A stretch of 29,602 nucleotides of DNA from a virus (lineage: Duplodnaviria > Caudoviricetes): IMG/VR virus record IMGVR_UViG_3300020413_000050, positions 1 through 29,602 of that record; one strand, 5' to 3'. Made by a program: the position numbers and the translations under genes. This document shows, in pieces, positions 28,370 to 29,602 of this stretch; positions within the stretch are counted from its first letter, which is position 1; each line of letters opens with the position of its first letter. Under the pieces are notes generated by a model that saw only the letters and a list, made by a program, of their open reading frames with translations, ran no database searches and was not told where the DNA came from.

Positions 28370-28770
28370 TATATCCTAGTCGGTTGAAGTAAAAATTCGA
28401 TATTTTGTGTTGGAAATGGCAATCCTGTAATTTGATACTCAATTCTTATTTGTAATTCGTATGAATCAACTAAAGATTCAATAATAACATTAGTAAGTGT
28501 TATTCTTGGTTCGTAGTTTTTAAGTAAAACTGTGATTTCTCTCTCTAGAAATGATGCAATGTCATCTAAATTCGTTTCAAACAACGAATCTTCGATTGAT
28601 GTACCCAATAATTCATTAAAAAATCTCTCATTTATGCGTGTTCGACATAAATTAATCACTGACCTCTTAATTGCATCCTCATTTTTCAGCACAGTTACAT
28701 CATTTGTAACAGGATGCCGATTAAATGACAAACTTATGTCTTTAAATGCACGAGAAATTTTAACGACCAT
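28369..28770 (-). CDS. gp25: Baseplate wedge subunit gp25
   Basis: FKDISLSF.RHPVTND....KNEDAIKRSV.NL..T...ER.F...LG....LFE, NYEPRI; TAATG coupling to gp6. Confidence 0.95.
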   Translation of the reverse strand: MVVKISRAFKDISLSFNRHPVTNDVTVLKNEDAIKRSVINLCRTRINERFFNELLGTSIEDSLFETNLDDIASFLEREITVLLKNYEPRITLTNVIIESLVDSYELQIRIEYQITGLPFPTQNIEFLLQPTRI

Positions 28771-28824
28771 TCATTTTGATATATTTTTCCTAATATATCT
28801 ATAAGGGTTTCTTAAGTATGTCTA

Positions 28825-28831
28825 TATTTAT
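28825..28831 (-). promoter_or_regulatory. Candidate late promoter (ATAAATA) upstream of gp25; a second variant TATAGATA at 28796-28803
   Basis: Plus-strand tatttat overlapping the upstream stop codon; tatctata about 25 nt upstream of the gp25 ATG. Confidence 0.55.
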
Positions 28832-29508
28832 CCTAATTCAAGTTCATTTTTGTCTTTATTCTTGCGTTCTTTCGCAGTTTTCCAGAAATAATTCTCTTCA
28901 GACCCTAATCCATCACGATCATGACCGTTTTCCACCTGATAATACACAGTTGATACTTTAAAATCAGGATTCTTAGGTGTCTCAGGAGTGATACTATTAT
29001 CATATATCCTCATTCTGTTATTTGGATACAAACAAAACTGCCCATTATCTAATTCAAGTAGATTGTGACTCTTATGTTCAGCTGGTTGCTCACTTGTAGA
29101 GTAATCAATTGCGTCTACGTCTTGATGATAGTTATCTAATGTACAAATATAAGTACCAGTTTGGTTTCCATAGTCTCTTGTCATCACTTCAAAGTGCATT
29201 GACCCAATAAACTGCTTTTGCACCGCAATGACTCCGTAGTCCATACAATTCCAGAACTGGAGATTATGTAAGGTCATATCAGGTGTCGGTGTCTCAGGGT
29301 CGGTTGTGAAGGCAGAGATTGGAAGTTTATCAAACATCGCAGCATACTCAGGTAAGTACGTCTCAAAATAAAAGGCACGACCAGGAATACTCTTAGCCGA
29401 TACCCATACTCCTTTTACAAATTCACCATGACCACTTTTGTGGTCGGTCAGGTACTCTTTACGTACCCAGACCTCATAAGAAGGAAGATTACAAATTAAT
29501 GCTGCCAT
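28828..29508 (-). CDS. Conserved cyanomyovirus hypothetical protein (226 aa)
   Basis: NLP...VWVRKEYL.D...GHGEF..G.W...KSIPGRA...FDKLPISAF...EHKSHN...L.NGQF..YPNNR, a family I recall upstream of gp25 in marine T4-like phages. Function unknown. Confidence 0.8.
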   Translation of the reverse strand: MAALICNLPSYEVWVRKEYLTDHKSGHGEFVKGVWVSAKSIPGRAFYFETYLPEYAAMFDKLPISAFTTDPETPTPDMTLHNLQFWNCMDYGVIAVQKQFIGSMHFEVMTRDYGNQTGTYICTLDNYHQDVDAIDYSTSEQPAEHKSHNLLELDNGQFCLYPNNRMRIYDNSITPETPKNPDFKVSTVYYQVENGHDRDGLGSEENYFWKTAKERKNKDKNELELG

Positions 29509-29602
29509 TACTTGCCTTGCCCTCTATATCTCTTCTTTGCCCCATTGCGACTCGTAGCAGAGAACTTACTATGCTTTCCTTTTCCTTGTCTTGTCTTCTT
29601 TG
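29508..29602 (-). CDS. Small highly basic protein, C-terminal fragment (...KKTRQGKGKHSKFSATSRNGAKKRYRGQGK*)
   Basis: Open frame from the window edge to TAA at 29510-29508, with a TAATG overlap onto the next ATG. Not in the ORF track because it is truncated. Confidence 0.75.
   Translation of the reverse strand, partial: KKTRQGKGKHSKFSATSRNGAKKRYRGQGK

Noticed and set aside
1021-28804. All plus-strand ORFs in the track (e.g. 5244-5615, 9523-10008, 12217-12519, 18549-18947, 21966-22286, 28532-28804)
   Set aside because: They lie antisense to well-supported genes and are mostly Pro/Val/Thr/Ser-rich mirror translations of Gly/Thr-rich sense codons, with no recognisable motifs.
28771-28827. Intrinsic terminator in this or the other short intergenic gaps
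   Set aside because: No GC-rich stem followed by a U-tract on the coding strand.
1-29602. Avoidance of GATC or CCWGG, or presence of HIP1 (GCGATCGC)
   Set aside because: GATC and CCWGG are common, and I saw no HIP1 site, which is unremarkable at this GC content.

Overview
A single co-oriented (minus-strand) late-gene block from an AT-rich T4-like myovirus. Gene order and protein sequences fit a marine cyanomyovirus; the low GC suggests a Prochlorococcus-type host, which is inference. In transcription order (right to left): a partial small basic ORF, a conserved 226-aa hypothetical, baseplate genes gp25, gp6, gp7 (3483 aa) and gp8, a 2461-aa VrlC/DUF4815-like virion protein, a small fibre/adaptor cassette where T4 has 9-10-11-12-wac, neck/tail genes gp13, gp14 and gp15, terminase small subunit gp16, a 236-aa insert, and the start of terminase large subunit gp17. 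Several T4-type late promoters (TATAAATA or xTAAATA) are visible. The best candidate for new biology is the gp16-gp17 insert. It starts with a T4-style capsid-targeting peptide (MKTFKEFINE) fused to a domain carrying the motif series of the T3 SAM-lyase family, so it may be a virion-packaged, co-injected anti-restriction/anti-BREX enzyme. Independently, all nine Gly-Pro dipeptides I found use the rare GGC/GGG codons and I found no GGWCC site, which points to restriction-site avoidance. I saw no tRNA, rRNA, CRISPR, integrase, intron or intein. All homology calls are from recalled motifs, not database searches.
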